64,000 nucleotides of DNA from IMG/VR virus record IMGVR_UViG_2916199983_000001. The stretch is one strand, 5' to 3'. The translations under genes were made by a program, and so were the position numbers. The stretch's first letter is position 1; each line of letters opens with the position of its first letter. Under the pieces are notes generated by a model. The model was not told the origin of the DNA, searched no databases, and was given only the letters and a program-made list of their open reading frames with translations. Source of the DNA: a virus (lineage: Duplodnaviria; Heunggongvirae; Uroviricota; Caudoviricetes). Below are positions 28,577-40,316 of the stretch, piece after piece.

Positions 28577-29323
28577 ATTTTCGCGGCGGTACTTGTTCAT
28601 GGACAACCAGGCAACCAAGAACTTTCCCGCAACTTGCACTTTACGTTAGTGCCAGACGAGGCTTATGGCTCGCTCACATAGAGCGAAGATCTGGAATCCT
28701 TCTCGGCGGTTGACGGCCGCCAGACTCTTCGATCTTATTGGATGTATGGAATCATCCATGTTGTGGAACCAGGGGCTACATAGGCAACAATGATTTCACC
28801 AGAGGGTTAAAGAATCCTGCTTTCACAACGTTGAGGCCACTGAACCGATTTATGTTCGACCCAACATATTGATCAGTCACTACAGCTCTGTGGAATCACC
28901 TGTATGATTAAAAGAAAAACAGTGACCTCAACGTTGTGCGCTGGCTAACCAAGCCAGCCGGGTTACGTCGCCGCTTTTAACCCAAGATTAAACGACATAA
29001 GTAATGGAAATGACGTAACAGGATGGACGGTCAGCTGGCTGAAACCGGGATGATGGAATGGAATGAGGAAACCAACCGCCCATCCTGTTACTTCATCGAA
29101 TAGGGCATGGGTGGTGCAACATGCCCTATCCTGCGTTCTACAATCACACTCGCTCAGTGTGTCCCATTTCGGTGACGAGGCTGGAAACTGACCTCGCTGG
29201 TGTTTGGCTTCTTAGGCTACTGCCAGGTACGTATCTTCGTTTGCAGTTATATTTAACGTTCAAACAGTCGCGTCTCAACGAAAACAAATGAATCTTATAC
29301 ATAACAGATAAGTAAGTAAATAC

Positions 29324-29557
29324 TTATTTTTCTGTGACTCGTTCAGTTGCTATCTTTTTGACCAAGCTCACCTTCTGTTCCGGCGTTCTAGTGATGATGG
29401 CCGTAAAACGCTTCGCTTGAATAGTGATAGTTTCGTTCTCCTTCAGTTCGCCGTAGTGAGTCTCCAGCAGAGAACCCAGGCGCCACAGACCGTCATCTAT
29501 GCGTTTATGGCTGGCAAATCTGATCAGCAGTAGCTTTACGATTAACTGACCAGTGTA
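29324..29557 (-). pseudogene. 3' part of a 101-codon phage gene interrupted by the Tn3-family transposon
   Basis: Joined with 38363..38439 and counting the GTGTA once, it gives one open frame: MSNLTSFDWWLATYLVAAGFGYAFYTGQLIVKLLLIRF...TERVTEK. Confidence 0.6.
29553..29557. repeat. target-site duplication GTGTA (left copy)
   Basis: Identical pentamer abuts each 38-bp IR. Confidence 0.85.
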
Positions 29558-29595
29558 GGGGTTTGAGGGCCAATGGAACGAAAACGTACGCTAAG
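29558..29595. repeat. Tn3-family 38-bp terminal inverted repeat (tnpA end)
   Basis: It contains the tnpA stop codon, as in Tn3. Confidence 0.9.
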
Positions 29596-32500
29596 AAGTT
29601 AATTCATTGTTTAAATTGAAATTTAGTTCTCTCAGTTCCCCCTTCAAAATATCCTCCGGTAGCGTAAACGTATAATGCCCCAGCATATTGATATGCCCGT
29701 GCATCAGTGGGGACAACCGGGCGATATCTTCAACCCCGATTTCTTCTCCATTACTGCGTATCCAGCTCAGGGCTTCCTGCATATAAAGTGTGTTCCACAG
29801 TACCACTGCGTTAGTGACCAGGCCCAGTGCCCCCAGCTGATCTTCCTGACCTTCACGATAGCGCTTTCTGATCTCACCGCGCTGCCCGTAGCAGATCGCC
29901 CTCGCCACAGCATGGCGGCCTTCCCCCCGGTTTAGCTGCGTCAGGATCCGCCGACGATAATCCTCATCATCAATATAATTAAGAAGGTACAGCGTCTTGT
30001 TGACGCGCCCCACTTCCATGATCGCCTGTGCCAGCCCTGATGGGCGCGAGCTTTTCAGCAAAGAGCGAATGAGTTCTGAAGCATGAATGGTGCCCAGTTT
30101 CAGCGAACCGGCGGTTCGCATCATCTCATCCCACTGATCCTCGGCTTTCGACAGATCGGCACAACCACGTGCCAGTTCGTCCAGTGCACCGTAATTTGCC
30201 GATTTATCCACTCGCCAGAATACCGCTTCACCGGCATCGGCAAGCCGGGGGGAAAACTGGTATCCCAGCAGCCAGAAGAGGCCAAAAATAATGTCGCTGG
30301 TACCGGCTGTGTCTGTCATGATCTCAACCGGATTCAGCCCTGTCTGCTGCTCCAGAAGGCCTTCCAGCACAAAAATGGAATCTCGTAATGTGCCGGGGAC
30401 AACGATGCCGTGGAATCCAGAGTACTGATCAGAGACGAAGTTGTACCAGGTGATGCCACGTCCGGAACCAAAATATTTTCTGTTAGGTCCTGAATTGACG
30501 GTTTTCACCGGCGTGACAAAGCGCATGCCATCAGCTGAAGCCACTTCGCCACCACCCCAGCGGCCAGCAAGCTCCAGTGTGGACTGAAAATCAACCAGGC
30601 GGGCATTGGCGCTGACCAGCGTTTCTGCCCGGAGGTAATTCTGTTTTACCCAGCTAAGCCGGTGGCGCGTCAGCGCCGGTATATTGTGCTTTATCAGCGG
30701 TTCCAGCCCGATATTGCAGGCCTCTGCCATCAGGACCGCGCACAGGCTGATGTGCAGATCCTGTGCCCGGGCCCCGGATTCACTGACATGCGTAAACTCA
30801 CGTGTAAATCCCGTTCTGGCATCTATTTCAAGCAACAGTTCCGTCAAATCTACTGGCGGGAGTAGCAGCCTTACCCGACTGTTGAGACGATGCAACGATG
30901 TTGGCTCCTCCAGTTTCTCCAGGCTGCTGATAGTCAGGGAAGGATGTTTACCGTCATGGCAAATATGAACCTCCGCATTTCCTTCAAAGCGGGATGCGAC
31001 GGTTTTCCAGGTTTCATCTAGCTGGACCGCCAACTGTTGCACGCCTTTATGTCCATCAGTGGGATGTCCCAGCGCCCGGCAAACGGGGACCCGCTGAGCC
31101 TGCCATTCTTCCCCCTGCAACAGCTTCTCGCGGGGATTTCCCCAGCGATCGCTGTTTTCGAGCCAGATGTCCCTTCGACGTAGTGCATCCTGAAGGCGCT
31201 CCAGCAGACAAAGCGAGTAACCGGCACGCTGTATCCGGCCCTCCGCATCGTATACCAGGCGTTTCCAGGGGCCGGTAATAATATGTTCAGGCGCATTGTC
31301 CAGGATGCGCTTTTTCGAGCAGTTCAGTTCGGTCAGATAATGAATGGCGGACAACGTATGTTCTCCGGCTGGCGCTGCCTGGAAATGCAGGTCGCGCAAT
31401 ACCGCCGGAAGAAAGCGCTTTACCCGCCCGTACTGCTCCACCATTTCGTCATGGAAATTGTTGTTCTGAGGCCGGGCCAGCTCATTTACCTTGCAGACGG
31501 ATTCTGCCAGCCTGCTTTTCGGTATGCTGTTGAATATGGTCTCCCTCAGTTCAGCATCGTCAGCCTGTTCATCCAGCAACAATGAACATGCCCGCGCCAA
31601 TATTAGCGCAGCACGATCAAGATCTTTAAGCGTCCTGAGCCGTTTTTTCTGCCCCGTTTTCTTCGCCGCACGAGTGATATCCAGTATCAGCATATCGAGC
31701 ACATCAATGGCCTCATCCAGCGCCGCAGTCTCCTGCGCTTTAACGAATGCTGTGAGTACGGCCAGTTTTCTCTGCTGTGGCATTCGCGCGATATATTTTA
31801 CCGACGCCATGCCTGCGTAACGGGCCAAATTACGCAGTTGTATAGCAGGCAGACCGGTAAAATTCAGTCGGGAAAATTCCAGGTTTCGCAGCCGGATATA
31901 CCGCTCCAGCGCTTCGGTAAATGCCGGGCCGCTGACGGTGACCGGTCCCTTTTTCAGTTGCTCCAGCGGTGAAGTACGCTGCCCCTCAGGAATGTCCAGA
32001 AGCTCCGTCACGCGGGCGGTCTGCCAGCTGTCCGGCAACGCGGCCAGTTTCTTCCACAGCCGCTGATTTGCCCGTTCGCGTATTTCACTGACGAGACGTA
32101 CAAGTGTGGTTGCTCCGGGCAGCAGGACCTTATTCTGAAGCAGCCACGCGGTGGCAAAATCAAACATAAGGCCGGGTCGCTCATTACTGAGCCATGCGCG
32201 GGTGTACAGCAGGCGCTTCAGGCGGAAAGACCAGGGGAAATCGCCAAATTCATGGTAACCGTAATATTCCTTAATCAGCGCAGTATGCTCTCTGAGGGTG
32301 GTAACCCGTTCTGCGTAGCGGGTAAGGACTTCTGGACGGCGAATATTAAGCTGCACCGCGACAAATTGCTGAACACCTGGCAGAACCCGGGTTAAGTCTG
32401 TCAGAAAGGTGCCCAGAAAACGGGCGGTGGTGAGCTGAAGCGCAATTCCCAGCCGGTTATGCCTTCCCCGCCGCTGGTTAATGAAGGCAAGATCCCGCTC

Positions 32501-32599
32501 ATCAAGATGAAAATAGCGCGCCAGCTGCACGTCATTGGGTTCTGCAACATAGCGACCATAATTCAGTTCCTGCTCAGTGGTCAGAAAATCGACGGGCAT
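29591..32599 (-). CDS. tnpA: Tn3-family transposase TnpA
   Basis: 1002 aa. It closely resembles Tn3/Tn1000 TnpA from the N-terminus (MPVDFLTTEQ...ARYFHLDE...NRLGIALQ) to the C-terminal DDE region (GLVTNAVVLWNT.YMQ...LSPL.HGHINMLGHY). Confidence 0.95.
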   Translation of the reverse strand: MPVDFLTTEQELNYGRYVAEPNDVQLARYFHLDERDLAFINQRRGRHNRLGIALQLTTARFLGTFLTDLTRVLPGVQQFVAVQLNIRRPEVLTRYAERVTTLREHTALIKEYYGYHEFGDFPWSFRLKRLLYTRAWLSNERPGLMFDFATAWLLQNKVLLPGATTLVRLVSEIRERANQRLWKKLAALPDSWQTARVTELLDIPEGQRTSPLEQLKKGPVTVSGPAFTEALERYIRLRNLEFSRLNFTGLPAIQLRNLARYAGMASVKYIARMPQQRKLAVLTAFVKAQETAALDEAIDVLDMLILDITRAAKKTGQKKRLRTLKDLDRAALILARACSLLLDEQADDAELRETIFNSIPKSRLAESVCKVNELARPQNNNFHDEMVEQYGRVKRFLPAVLRDLHFQAAPAGEHTLSAIHYLTELNCSKKRILDNAPEHIITGPWKRLVYDAEGRIQRAGYSLCLLERLQDALRRRDIWLENSDRWGNPREKLLQGEEWQAQRVPVCRALGHPTDGHKGVQQLAVQLDETWKTVASRFEGNAEVHICHDGKHPSLTISSLEKLEEPTSLHRLNSRVRLLLPPVDLTELLLEIDARTGFTREFTHVSESGARAQDLHISLCAVLMAEACNIGLEPLIKHNIPALTRHRLSWVKQNYLRAETLVSANARLVDFQSTLELAGRWGGGEVASADGMRFVTPVKTVNSGPNRKYFGSGRGITWYNFVSDQYSGFHGIVVPGTLRDSIFVLEGLLEQQTGLNPVEIMTDTAGTSDIIFGLFWLLGYQFSPRLADAGEAVFWRVDKSANYGALDELARGCADLSKAEDQWDEMMRTAGSLKLGTIHASELIRSLLKSSRPSGLAQAIMEVGRVNKTLYLLNYIDDEDYRRRILTQLNRGEGRHAVARAICYGQRGEIRKRYREGQEDQLGALGLVTNAVVLWNTLYMQEALSWIRSNGEEIGVEDIARLSPLMHGHINMLGHYTFTLPEDILKGELRELNFNLNNELTS

Positions 32600-33748
<1,149 letters not shown>

Positions 33749-33752
33749 TAAT

Positions 33753-33774
33753 GAAGGGGGCAAATGCCCCCTTC
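33753..33774. terminator. bidirectional terminator shared by the convergent arsA fragment and arsC
   Basis: GAAGGGGGCaaatGCCCCCTTC. Confidence 0.6.
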
Positions 33775-33778
33775 GTCT

Positions 33779-34204
33779 TTATTTCAGTCTTTTACCTGAA
33801 TCATCAACGACTTTTTCACCGTCTTCCTTGGTGAAAGCCGCTTTCTGGGCATCTGGAAGGATATCGAGAACAACCTCTGAAGGACGGCAAAGTTTAGTTC
33901 CCAGTGGCGTCACTACGATCGGACGGTTGATCAGAATCGGATGCTGTAGCATAAAGTCGATGAGCTGGTCGTCAGTAAATTTATCTTCTGCAAGACCCAG
34001 TTCCTCATACGGCTCGACGTTCTTACGCAGCAAAGCCCGGACGGAAATGCCCATATCCGCAATGAGTTTGAGCAGCTCATCGCGTGAAGGTGGAGTCTCA
34101 AGGTAAAGAATAACGGTCGGCTCGATACCGCTGTTGCGGATCATCTCCAGCGTATTACGCGACGTGCCGCAGGCTGGGTTGTGATAAATGGTGATGTTGC
34201 TCAT
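33779..34204 (-). CDS. arsC: arsenate reductase ArsC (glutaredoxin-coupled, R773 type)
   Basis: MSNITIYHNPACGTSRNTLEMIR... Confidence 0.95.
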   Translation of the reverse strand: MSNITIYHNPACGTSRNTLEMIRNSGIEPTVILYLETPPSRDELLKLIADMGISVRALLRKNVEPYEELGLAEDKFTDDQLIDFMLQHPILINRPIVVTPLGTKLCRPSEVVLDILPDAQKAAFTKEDGEKVVDDSGKRLK

Positions 34205-34216
34205 ATCAGTATCTCA

Positions 34217-35506
34217 TTACAAAGTGAAAGAGAGACGTAGCGCCAGCGCGGCCAGCGTTACAAACAGCACAGGCAGAGTCATGACGATCCCGGTGCGGAA
34301 ATAGTATCCCCATGTGATGGTCATGTTCTTCTGTGAAAGGACATGCAGCCAGAGCAACGTTGCCAGGCTACCAATAGGTGTAATTTTCGGTCCAAGATCG
34401 CAGCCAATCACGTTGGCAAAAATCATCGCCTCTTTGATAACGCCTGTTGCAGTGCTGCCATCAATAGAGAGAGCACCAACCAGCACGGTAGGCATATTGT
34501 TCATGATGGAAGAGAGGAAAGCCGTCAGGAAGCCAGTACCAAACGTCGCGGCCCAAAGTCCTTTATCTGCCAGCACGTTCAACACACCGGAGAGGTATTC
34601 TGTTAGTCCGGCATTACGCAGACCATAGACCACCAGATACATTCCCAGAGAGAATATGACGATCTGCCATGGCGCACCGCGAAGCACTTTGCCAGTGTTA
34701 ATGGCATGGCCTCGCTTCGCCACCGCAAACAGAATGACAGCCCCTACAGCAGCAATCGCACTGACCGGGATACCCAACGGCTCAAGGACGAAAAAGCCAA
34801 CCAGAAGAAGGATCAACACTATCCAGCCGGTTCTGAAGGTTGCCAGATCTTTAATCGCTTTTGCCGGTGCTTTCAGGAGAGCCAGGTCGTAAGTTGGCGG
34901 AATATCTTTGCGGAAGAACAGATGCAGCATCACCAGCGTGGCGATAATGGCTGCGATATCCACCGGCACCATTACCGACGCATACTCAGTGAAACCCAGC
35001 CCAAAGAAGTCTGCAGAAACGATGTTAACCAGGTTGGACACGATAAGCGGCAGACTGGCCGTATCGGCAATAAACCCGGCGGCCATGACAAATGCCAGCG
35101 TAGTGCCTTTGCTGAAACCTAATGCAAGCAGCATGGCGATAACAATTGGCGTCAGAATCAATGCCGCACCATCGTTGGCAAACAGTGCCGCCACCGCTGC
35201 GCCGAGCAAAACGATATAGGTAAACAGCAAACGCCCGCGACCGTTACCCCAACGTGAAACGTGCAGCGCCGCCCATTCGAAAAAGCCCGATTCATCGAGC
35301 AGAAGGCTGATAATAATCACGGCAATAAAGGTCGCCGTCGCATTCCAGACAATATTCCACACTACAGGGATATCACCAAAATGGACTACGCCAGAGATCA
35401 GCGCCAGTACCGCGCCCAGCGTCGCACTCCAGCCGATCCCTAATCCCTTCGGTTGCCAGATAACCAAAACGATGGTCAGGACAAAAATAGCGCCTGCCAG
35501 TAACAT
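34217..35506 (-). CDS. arsB: arsenite efflux permease ArsB
   Basis: The start at [21 protein letters not shown] matches the R773 ArsB N-terminus. The protein is 429 aa with many TM helices. Confidence 0.95.
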   Translation of the reverse strand: MLLAGAIFVLTIVLVIWQPKGLGIGWSATLGAVLALISGVVHFGDIPVVWNIVWNATATFIAVIIISLLLDESGFFEWAALHVSRWGNGRGRLLFTYIVLLGAAVAALFANDGAALILTPIVIAMLLALGFSKGTTLAFVMAAGFIADTASLPLIVSNLVNIVSADFFGLGFTEYASVMVPVDIAAIIATLVMLHLFFRKDIPPTYDLALLKAPAKAIKDLATFRTGWIVLILLLVGFFVLEPLGIPVSAIAAVGAVILFAVAKRGHAINTGKVLRGAPWQIVIFSLGMYLVVYGLRNAGLTEYLSGVLNVLADKGLWAATFGTGFLTAFLSSIMNNMPTVLVGALSIDGSTATGVIKEAMIFANVIGCDLGPKITPIGSLATLLWLHVLSQKNMTITWGYYFRTGIVMTLPVLFVTLAALALRLSFTL

Positions 35507-35554
35507 AAATCCTCCAGACAGGACGGCTTTGCCGCCCTGTATATACAAAAAAAA

Positions 35555-37306
35555 TTAAACAACCAGCTCTCTGAGTTTCTCGATGCCAGTGGGCTCTGCA
35601 GCCATTACCGGTACTAACGCTATGCGGCTTGCATGCTGGTTTTTCACAACCTCGATTTGAGGACGCTCTTGTAGGGCGCGCTGGCAAAGCAGCGGCGATT
35701 GCGTCTGTGCAATCGAAAGGCTGTTATTGATAATCCAGCCCCAGGGATGAATCCCCGCACGTTCAAGATCGGACTGCAGGTTTGCCGCTTCCAGTACAGG
35801 TGTGGTTTCAGGCAGAGTGACCAGCAAAACTTTGGTACGTTCCTGGTCCTGAAGCTGCATCATCGGAGTGGTAAAATGACCTTTATCCCCCATCTTCCTG
35901 GCAATCTCACGGTGATAAGCCCCGGTAGCATCAAGCAGTAATAGCGTATGCCCGGTAGGTGCCGTATCCATGACCACAAACCGTTTGCCAGCTTCACGAA
36001 TTACGCGTGAAAACGCCTGGAACACCGCAATCTCTTCTGTGCAAGGAGAACGTAAATCCTCTTCGAGCAGCCGTTTCCCAGCCTCATCCAGATCCCTGCC
36101 TTTCGTCTCAAGAACATGCTGACGATAGCGTTCAGTTTCATCGTGAGGGTTGATTCGGCTGACCTGCAGATTTTTGAGGCTGCCATTGAGCGTTGTACTG
36201 AGATGTGCAGCAGGATCTGAGGTGGTGAGATGCACATCAAAACCCTTATCCGCCAGACTGACGGCGATAGCCGCAGCCATTGTGGTTTTGCCCACACCAC
36301 CTTTGCCCATCAGCATAATCAAACCGTGTTCACTGCGGGCGATATCATCAACCAGGACAGACAACGACATATTCTCTGGCTTGTTCTGTGGGCTTTGTTC
36401 AGGAAGCGATGTTATCTCAGCGTGTTCGTTGAGCAGGCCTTTCAATGCGGATACACCAACCATGTTCAGCGGCTGCAGGTATAAGTTGTCTGTCGGCAAA
36501 TCAGATAACCCGGCAGGAAGATTTGCCAGCGCCTCTTGCTCCCGTTGCCATATTGCAGCGGCCAGTGCATCACGTTCTGCTTCGCTCGCAGGCAGGACAC
36601 CGTTAATGACTAAATACTGATTTTTAAGGCCAATAGCTGATAATTCGTCATGAGTACGAGCGACTTCCTGCAGTGTTGATTTTTGCAATCGCGCGACCAG
36701 CACAAGGCGAGTTCGTTCAGGATCGGATAATGCCTCAACCGCATGAGCATATTGCTCGCGTTGTTTTTCCAGCCCAGCCATTGGACCAAGACAGGAAGCA
36801 CCATCCGGGTTACTTTCGATGAAGCTGCTCCAGGCTCCGGGAAGCTGAAGAAGGCGAATAGTGTGGCCAGTTGGGGCAGTATCAAAAATGATGTGATCAA
36901 AGCGGGTCAGCAGAGAAGCGTCAGTCAGTAAGCCAGTAAACTCGTCGAATGCAGCGATCTCTGTCGTACAAGCTCCTGAAAGCTGTTCACTGATGCTGTT
37001 AACAACGTCATCAGGCAAAAGACCTTTAATAGGGTCAACGATTCTGGCGCGGTATTGCTGGGCGGCGTCCTGCGGGTCAATCTCCAGAGCCGAAAGACCA
37101 GACACAGCAGTCACGGGCTGGATAGTGTTACCGATAGTCTGATCGAATACCTGACCGACATTGGAAGCCGGGTCGGTACTGACAAGCAGAACACGCTTTC
37201 CCAGTTCAGCCAGACGTATAGCCGTTGCGCAGGAAATCGAAGTTTTGCCTACACCTCCCTTACCGGTGAAAAACAGGTAAGACGGGATATTCTCTAAGAA
37301 TTTCAT
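35555..37306 (-). CDS. arsA: arsenite-stimulated ATPase ArsA
   Basis: Duplicated P-loops FFTGKGGVGKTS and MLMGKGGVGKTT. The start is at MKFLENIP. Confidence 0.95.
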   Translation of the reverse strand: MKFLENIPSYLFFTGKGGVGKTSISCATAIRLAELGKRVLLVSTDPASNVGQVFDQTIGNTIQPVTAVSGLSALEIDPQDAAQQYRARIVDPIKGLLPDDVVNSISEQLSGACTTEIAAFDEFTGLLTDASLLTRFDHIIFDTAPTGHTIRLLQLPGAWSSFIESNPDGASCLGPMAGLEKQREQYAHAVEALSDPERTRLVLVARLQKSTLQEVARTHDELSAIGLKNQYLVINGVLPASEAERDALAAAIWQREQEALANLPAGLSDLPTDNLYLQPLNMVGVSALKGLLNEHAEITSLPEQSPQNKPENMSLSVLVDDIARSEHGLIMLMGKGGVGKTTMAAAIAVSLADKGFDVHLTTSDPAAHLSTTLNGSLKNLQVSRINPHDETERYRQHVLETKGRDLDEAGKRLLEEDLRSPCTEEIAVFQAFSRVIREAGKRFVVMDTAPTGHTLLLLDATGAYHREIARKMGDKGHFTTPMMQLQDQERTKVLLVTLPETTPVLEAANLQSDLERAGIHPWGWIINNSLSIAQTQSPLLCQRALQERPQIEVVKNQHASRIALVPVMAAEPTGIEKLRELVV

Positions 37307-37323
37307 ATGTCCTCCTGACATAC

Positions 37324-37686
37324 TCAACAACAGGAAGTTTTACCACCACAGCAACTGGTGGAAGCTAAACCCACCTTTTCCAGCGGTATACCAAACCAGC
37401 GAGCCAGTTCAGCGCGTTTTGGGTATCGCCCGGCCATCACCGTTTCACCATCAAGCAACAGCAGCGGAAGCCCTTCAGCTCCAGAAGCCTCAAGGAATGC
37501 TTTCGCTTTTTCGTTCTCAACGAAGCTCATAGGCTGCTGCGCCAGGTTATAACGTTCGATCTGAACCCCACGCCCTTTCAGCCACTGCACATCAGCAGAA
37601 AAATTGACCAAAACCTGATCGACATCTGAACCACAAACGCCGGTACTGCAGCACATCGCCGGATCAAACACCGTTAACATTTTCAT
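37324..37686 (-). CDS. arsD: arsenic metallochaperone / repressor ArsD
   Basis: MKMLTVFDPAMCCSTGVCG...CCGG..C, 120 aa. Confidence 0.9.
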   Translation of the reverse strand: MKMLTVFDPAMCCSTGVCGSDVDQVLVNFSADVQWLKGRGVQIERYNLAQQPMSFVENEKAKAFLEASGAEGLPLLLLDGETVMAGRYPKRAELARWFGIPLEKVGLASTSCCGGKTSCC

Positions 37687-37733
37687 CTTTAACACCTCAT
37701 ATTCGTAAAAACATATATGTACAGGCAAAATTT

Positions 37734-38087
37734 TTAGATACAAACAGCCTTACCGCTGCCAGAGCAGTTGGCCGATGCCAGCTTACGGGCGATGGCCTGT
37801 ACGTCGTCCTGTTGACTTAACCAGGCCTGCTCAATCACCAGGGCAGCCCAGGAAGGAATATGCGGGGATAAGCGATAATGAACCCATTTCCCCTGCTTGC
37901 GATCCAGCAACAGGCCACTTTCCCGAAGCATCGCCAGATGGCGGGAGGTCTTGGGTTGTGATTGTTCCAGCGCTGTGCAGAGATCGCATACGCACAGCTC
38001 CCCCATCTCCCTGAGCAGTAGCACGATACCCAGGCGGGTTTCATCAGATAGTATTTTGAAAAGTTGTAGGGATGCAATTTCTGGCAT
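37734..38087 (-). CDS. arsR: ArsR/SmtB-family repressor ArsR
   Basis: ELCVCDLC metal-binding site and an HTH, as in R773 ArsR. Confidence 0.9.
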   Translation of the reverse strand: MPEIASLQLFKILSDETRLGIVLLLREMGELCVCDLCTALEQSQPKTSRHLAMLRESGLLLDRKQGKWVHYRLSPHIPSWAALVIEQAWLSQQDDVQAIARKLASANCSGSGKAVCI

Positions 38088-38324
38088 TATGTACTCCTGC
38101 TATGAATGGGTATTGTCTCTCCACCAAAACAAGAAGTCAAAATCATATGTGTTTTCTCGCATGTGAGTGCAGGTGTCACTATGCGGTTGAAAAACGACCT
38201 GATGTGCGATCGTTACGTTAGTTGGGTAGGTAAAAAAGTCATTTGAGGCTAAAACATTGCTTAGTGCGGGCTTTCAGTTCATAGAGAAGAATGAATAATA
38301 TCAATTATAACAATTGGTTATTTC

Positions 38325-38362
38325 CTTAGCGTACGTTTTCGTTCCATTGGCCCTCAGACCCC
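38325..38362. repeat. Tn3-family 38-bp terminal inverted repeat (ars end)
   Basis: CTTAGCGTACGTTTTCGTTCCATTGGCCCTCAGACCCC. It is 36/38 identical to the complement of the left IR, with two mismatches (C/G at IR position 33, A/G at position 30). Confidence 0.9.
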
Positions 38363-38367
38363 GTGTA
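38363..38367. repeat. target-site duplication GTGTA (right copy)
   Basis: Matches 29553..29557. Confidence 0.85.
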
Positions 38368-38439
38368 AAAGGCATATCCGAAGCCGGCCGCCACAAGGTA
38401 GGTTGCCAGCCACCAGTCGAAAGAGGTCAAATTGCTCAT
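38363..38439 (-). pseudogene. 5' part (start codon plus 24 codons) of the transposon-interrupted phage gene
   Basis: ATG at 38439 overlaps the stop of the upstream small ORF (ATGA). Confidence 0.6.
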
Positions 38440-38588
38440 TTCCGCACTCCCGTCTCGTGAACAACCCGATACAGACGCTTACCGATGCGAAGCGTTTTGG
38501 TTTTCAGTTCCTGCCTGACCAGGTCGCGACAGATACTGAAGCCGAGGGCCACGCCCCCAGCAAAAGATAATAGGATGTATGGAATCAT
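38436..38588 (-). CDS. small membrane protein (50 aa)
   Basis: MIPYILLSFAGGVALGFSIC.... It is coupled to both neighbours. Confidence 0.3.
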   Translation of the reverse strand: MIPYILLSFAGGVALGFSICRDLVRQELKTKTLRIGKRLYRVVHETGVRK

Positions 38589-38800
38589 TAGAACGCCCCC
38601 GCCTCAGTCAATTGCTGCAACAGTGAGTGTCCTTTTTCAGTGAGTTGATAGTTCTCCACACATCCCTTTGGCGAAACGTTAGCGACAAGATTCATGCGTT
38701 CCAGTTTGGCGCGGGTCTTTGGCTTCCAGTTAGCGTAGAACTCCTTCCACTGGCTGATTTCACGCAGAGTTTCTTTCTCCCGTTTACTTAGCATGATCAT
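38588..38800 (-). CDS. hypothetical protein
   Basis: 70-codon ORF. Confidence 0.4.
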   Translation of the reverse strand: MIMLSKREKETLREISQWKEFYANWKPKTRAKLERMNLVANVSPKGCVENYQLTEKGHSLLQQLTEAGAF

Positions 38801-38959
38801 CCTTAATATCCTTCAGTGTGTACGTGATATCTACAATGCGGTAAATGCGGCCACGTCTCTGCATGACACCGGCTTTTACGTAATCGTTGATGCAGCTGGA
38901 CGTAACCAGACTGCCGATAACAATGCCGACGACCAAAATTACAATCATCCAGCCGAGCA

Positions 38960-40282
38960 TCAGTCTTTATCTCCAATACGGTCTTCGGTATCTCGCAGAC
39001 ATTTCGGCCACTTCAGACGTGGGTGGCGTAAGCTACCGTCTGGCGTTTTCTCATGGCAGTGAACCTCAACGATGCGTCCACGATACTTCTCCTGATTGTT
39101 CCAGATCTCGTCCAGGTACTTATGCTTGATACCGCTGGCACGAACGATGACGCCGTTCTCCAGACGAATCACTATCTTGCCCAGCGTATGCGCAAAGCCA
39201 GAGTCCGGGTCGCCTGGCTCGAAGTCGATGATTTCACCGTCTTCGGAATCCTCGTCTTTCAGCTTCCACCAGCTGCGGGTGCGTTTGAACTCGTAAACAG
39301 AATCCGGATCTTTGCCCATCTCCCCCTCTTCGTTCTCGTCCAGGCGCTTCATAAAGCGTTCGATAAAGTCTTCATGGCTATGGATGATGTAGAACGGATG
39401 CAGGTGGATATCTTGCGCGTAATCTTCCCCGCAAGTGTTGCGGAATAACGCCACCAGCATAGCCAGGCGCTCTTTCAGCTTCATGCCGGTCTTCAGGTAC
39501 TCTTTGCTTTTTGCCTGAGCACGCCACTCCGGTAAGAAGAAATCGAAGATGTGGTAAACGGCACCAATGGCTGTCACGTTCTTCTTGCGAAGCGCCGACA
39601 CGGACTGGTTGAACGTACCTGCAGTACCCTCACCATCGAAAAAGATGTGCTTGAAACCGGAGAGTCTGCCTCGCTCCAGCATGGCCGGTTTAAGGTGATC
39701 GAGTGACGTAATCGGATTGCCGGTACGCGTCAGGAAGTTCACCTCTTCCTCGTCAACGATGACTTCGCAGATAACCCGGAGACCATCGAGTTTGAGGCTG
39801 CCGATCATTGGCCACTTGGCCTTTGGATTTGGTTTAAATGGGTATTTGTCGCCTTTCTCCTTGTACGGAGACGCCAGCTGTACCTCAAACTTCGGAATTG
39901 GGTTTTCGAACACCTTGTTGCACAGACTGATACCGACACCGGCTTTCGGATCTTTCAGCAGGAAGCGACGAAACACGTCCTGCCCGTCAGCGCACATTGA
40001 GGCAACGAGTGATTCGACAGCAGTAACGGCCGCGTTCCCGGTCAGTTCGCGCGCCGCCAGCTTCTCCAGCAGCTCTACTACCTTCTGGTCGCTGGGTACG
40101 GACGTATCGAGTGGCTCGGCCACTTTGTACTTCTTCACACCGAATCGAATGAATGGGTTGAGCATTAGCGAGACCATGCTCTGCTCAAATCCATCAAGAT
40201 TGGCCAGCGCCTCTTTCTTGGCGTTTGTTCCCATCGTTTTTATGGCATCCAGCTTGTGCTTTAGGGCGATCAGTTTTTCCAT
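38960..40282 (-). CDS. ATP-dependent DNA ligase
   Basis: The adenylation motif KLDGLR (KxDG) is present, and the size (440 aa) and fold layout fit an ATP-dependent ligase. Confidence 0.75.
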   Translation of the reverse strand: MEKLIALKHKLDAIKTMGTNAKKEALANLDGFEQSMVSLMLNPFIRFGVKKYKVAEPLDTSVPSDQKVVELLEKLAARELTGNAAVTAVESLVASMCADGQDVFRRFLLKDPKAGVGISLCNKVFENPIPKFEVQLASPYKEKGDKYPFKPNPKAKWPMIGSLKLDGLRVICEVIVDEEEVNFLTRTGNPITSLDHLKPAMLERGRLSGFKHIFFDGEGTAGTFNQSVSALRKKNVTAIGAVYHIFDFFLPEWRAQAKSKEYLKTGMKLKERLAMLVALFRNTCGEDYAQDIHLHPFYIIHSHEDFIERFMKRLDENEEGEMGKDPDSVYEFKRTRSWWKLKDEDSEDGEIIDFEPGDPDSGFAHTLGKIVIRLENGVIVRASGIKHKYLDEIWNNQEKYRGRIVEVHCHEKTPDGSLRHPRLKWPKCLRDTEDRIGDKD

Positions 40283-40316
40283 TAGTGTTTAACCTCCATC
40301 GGTCGCTCGGGAGTTT

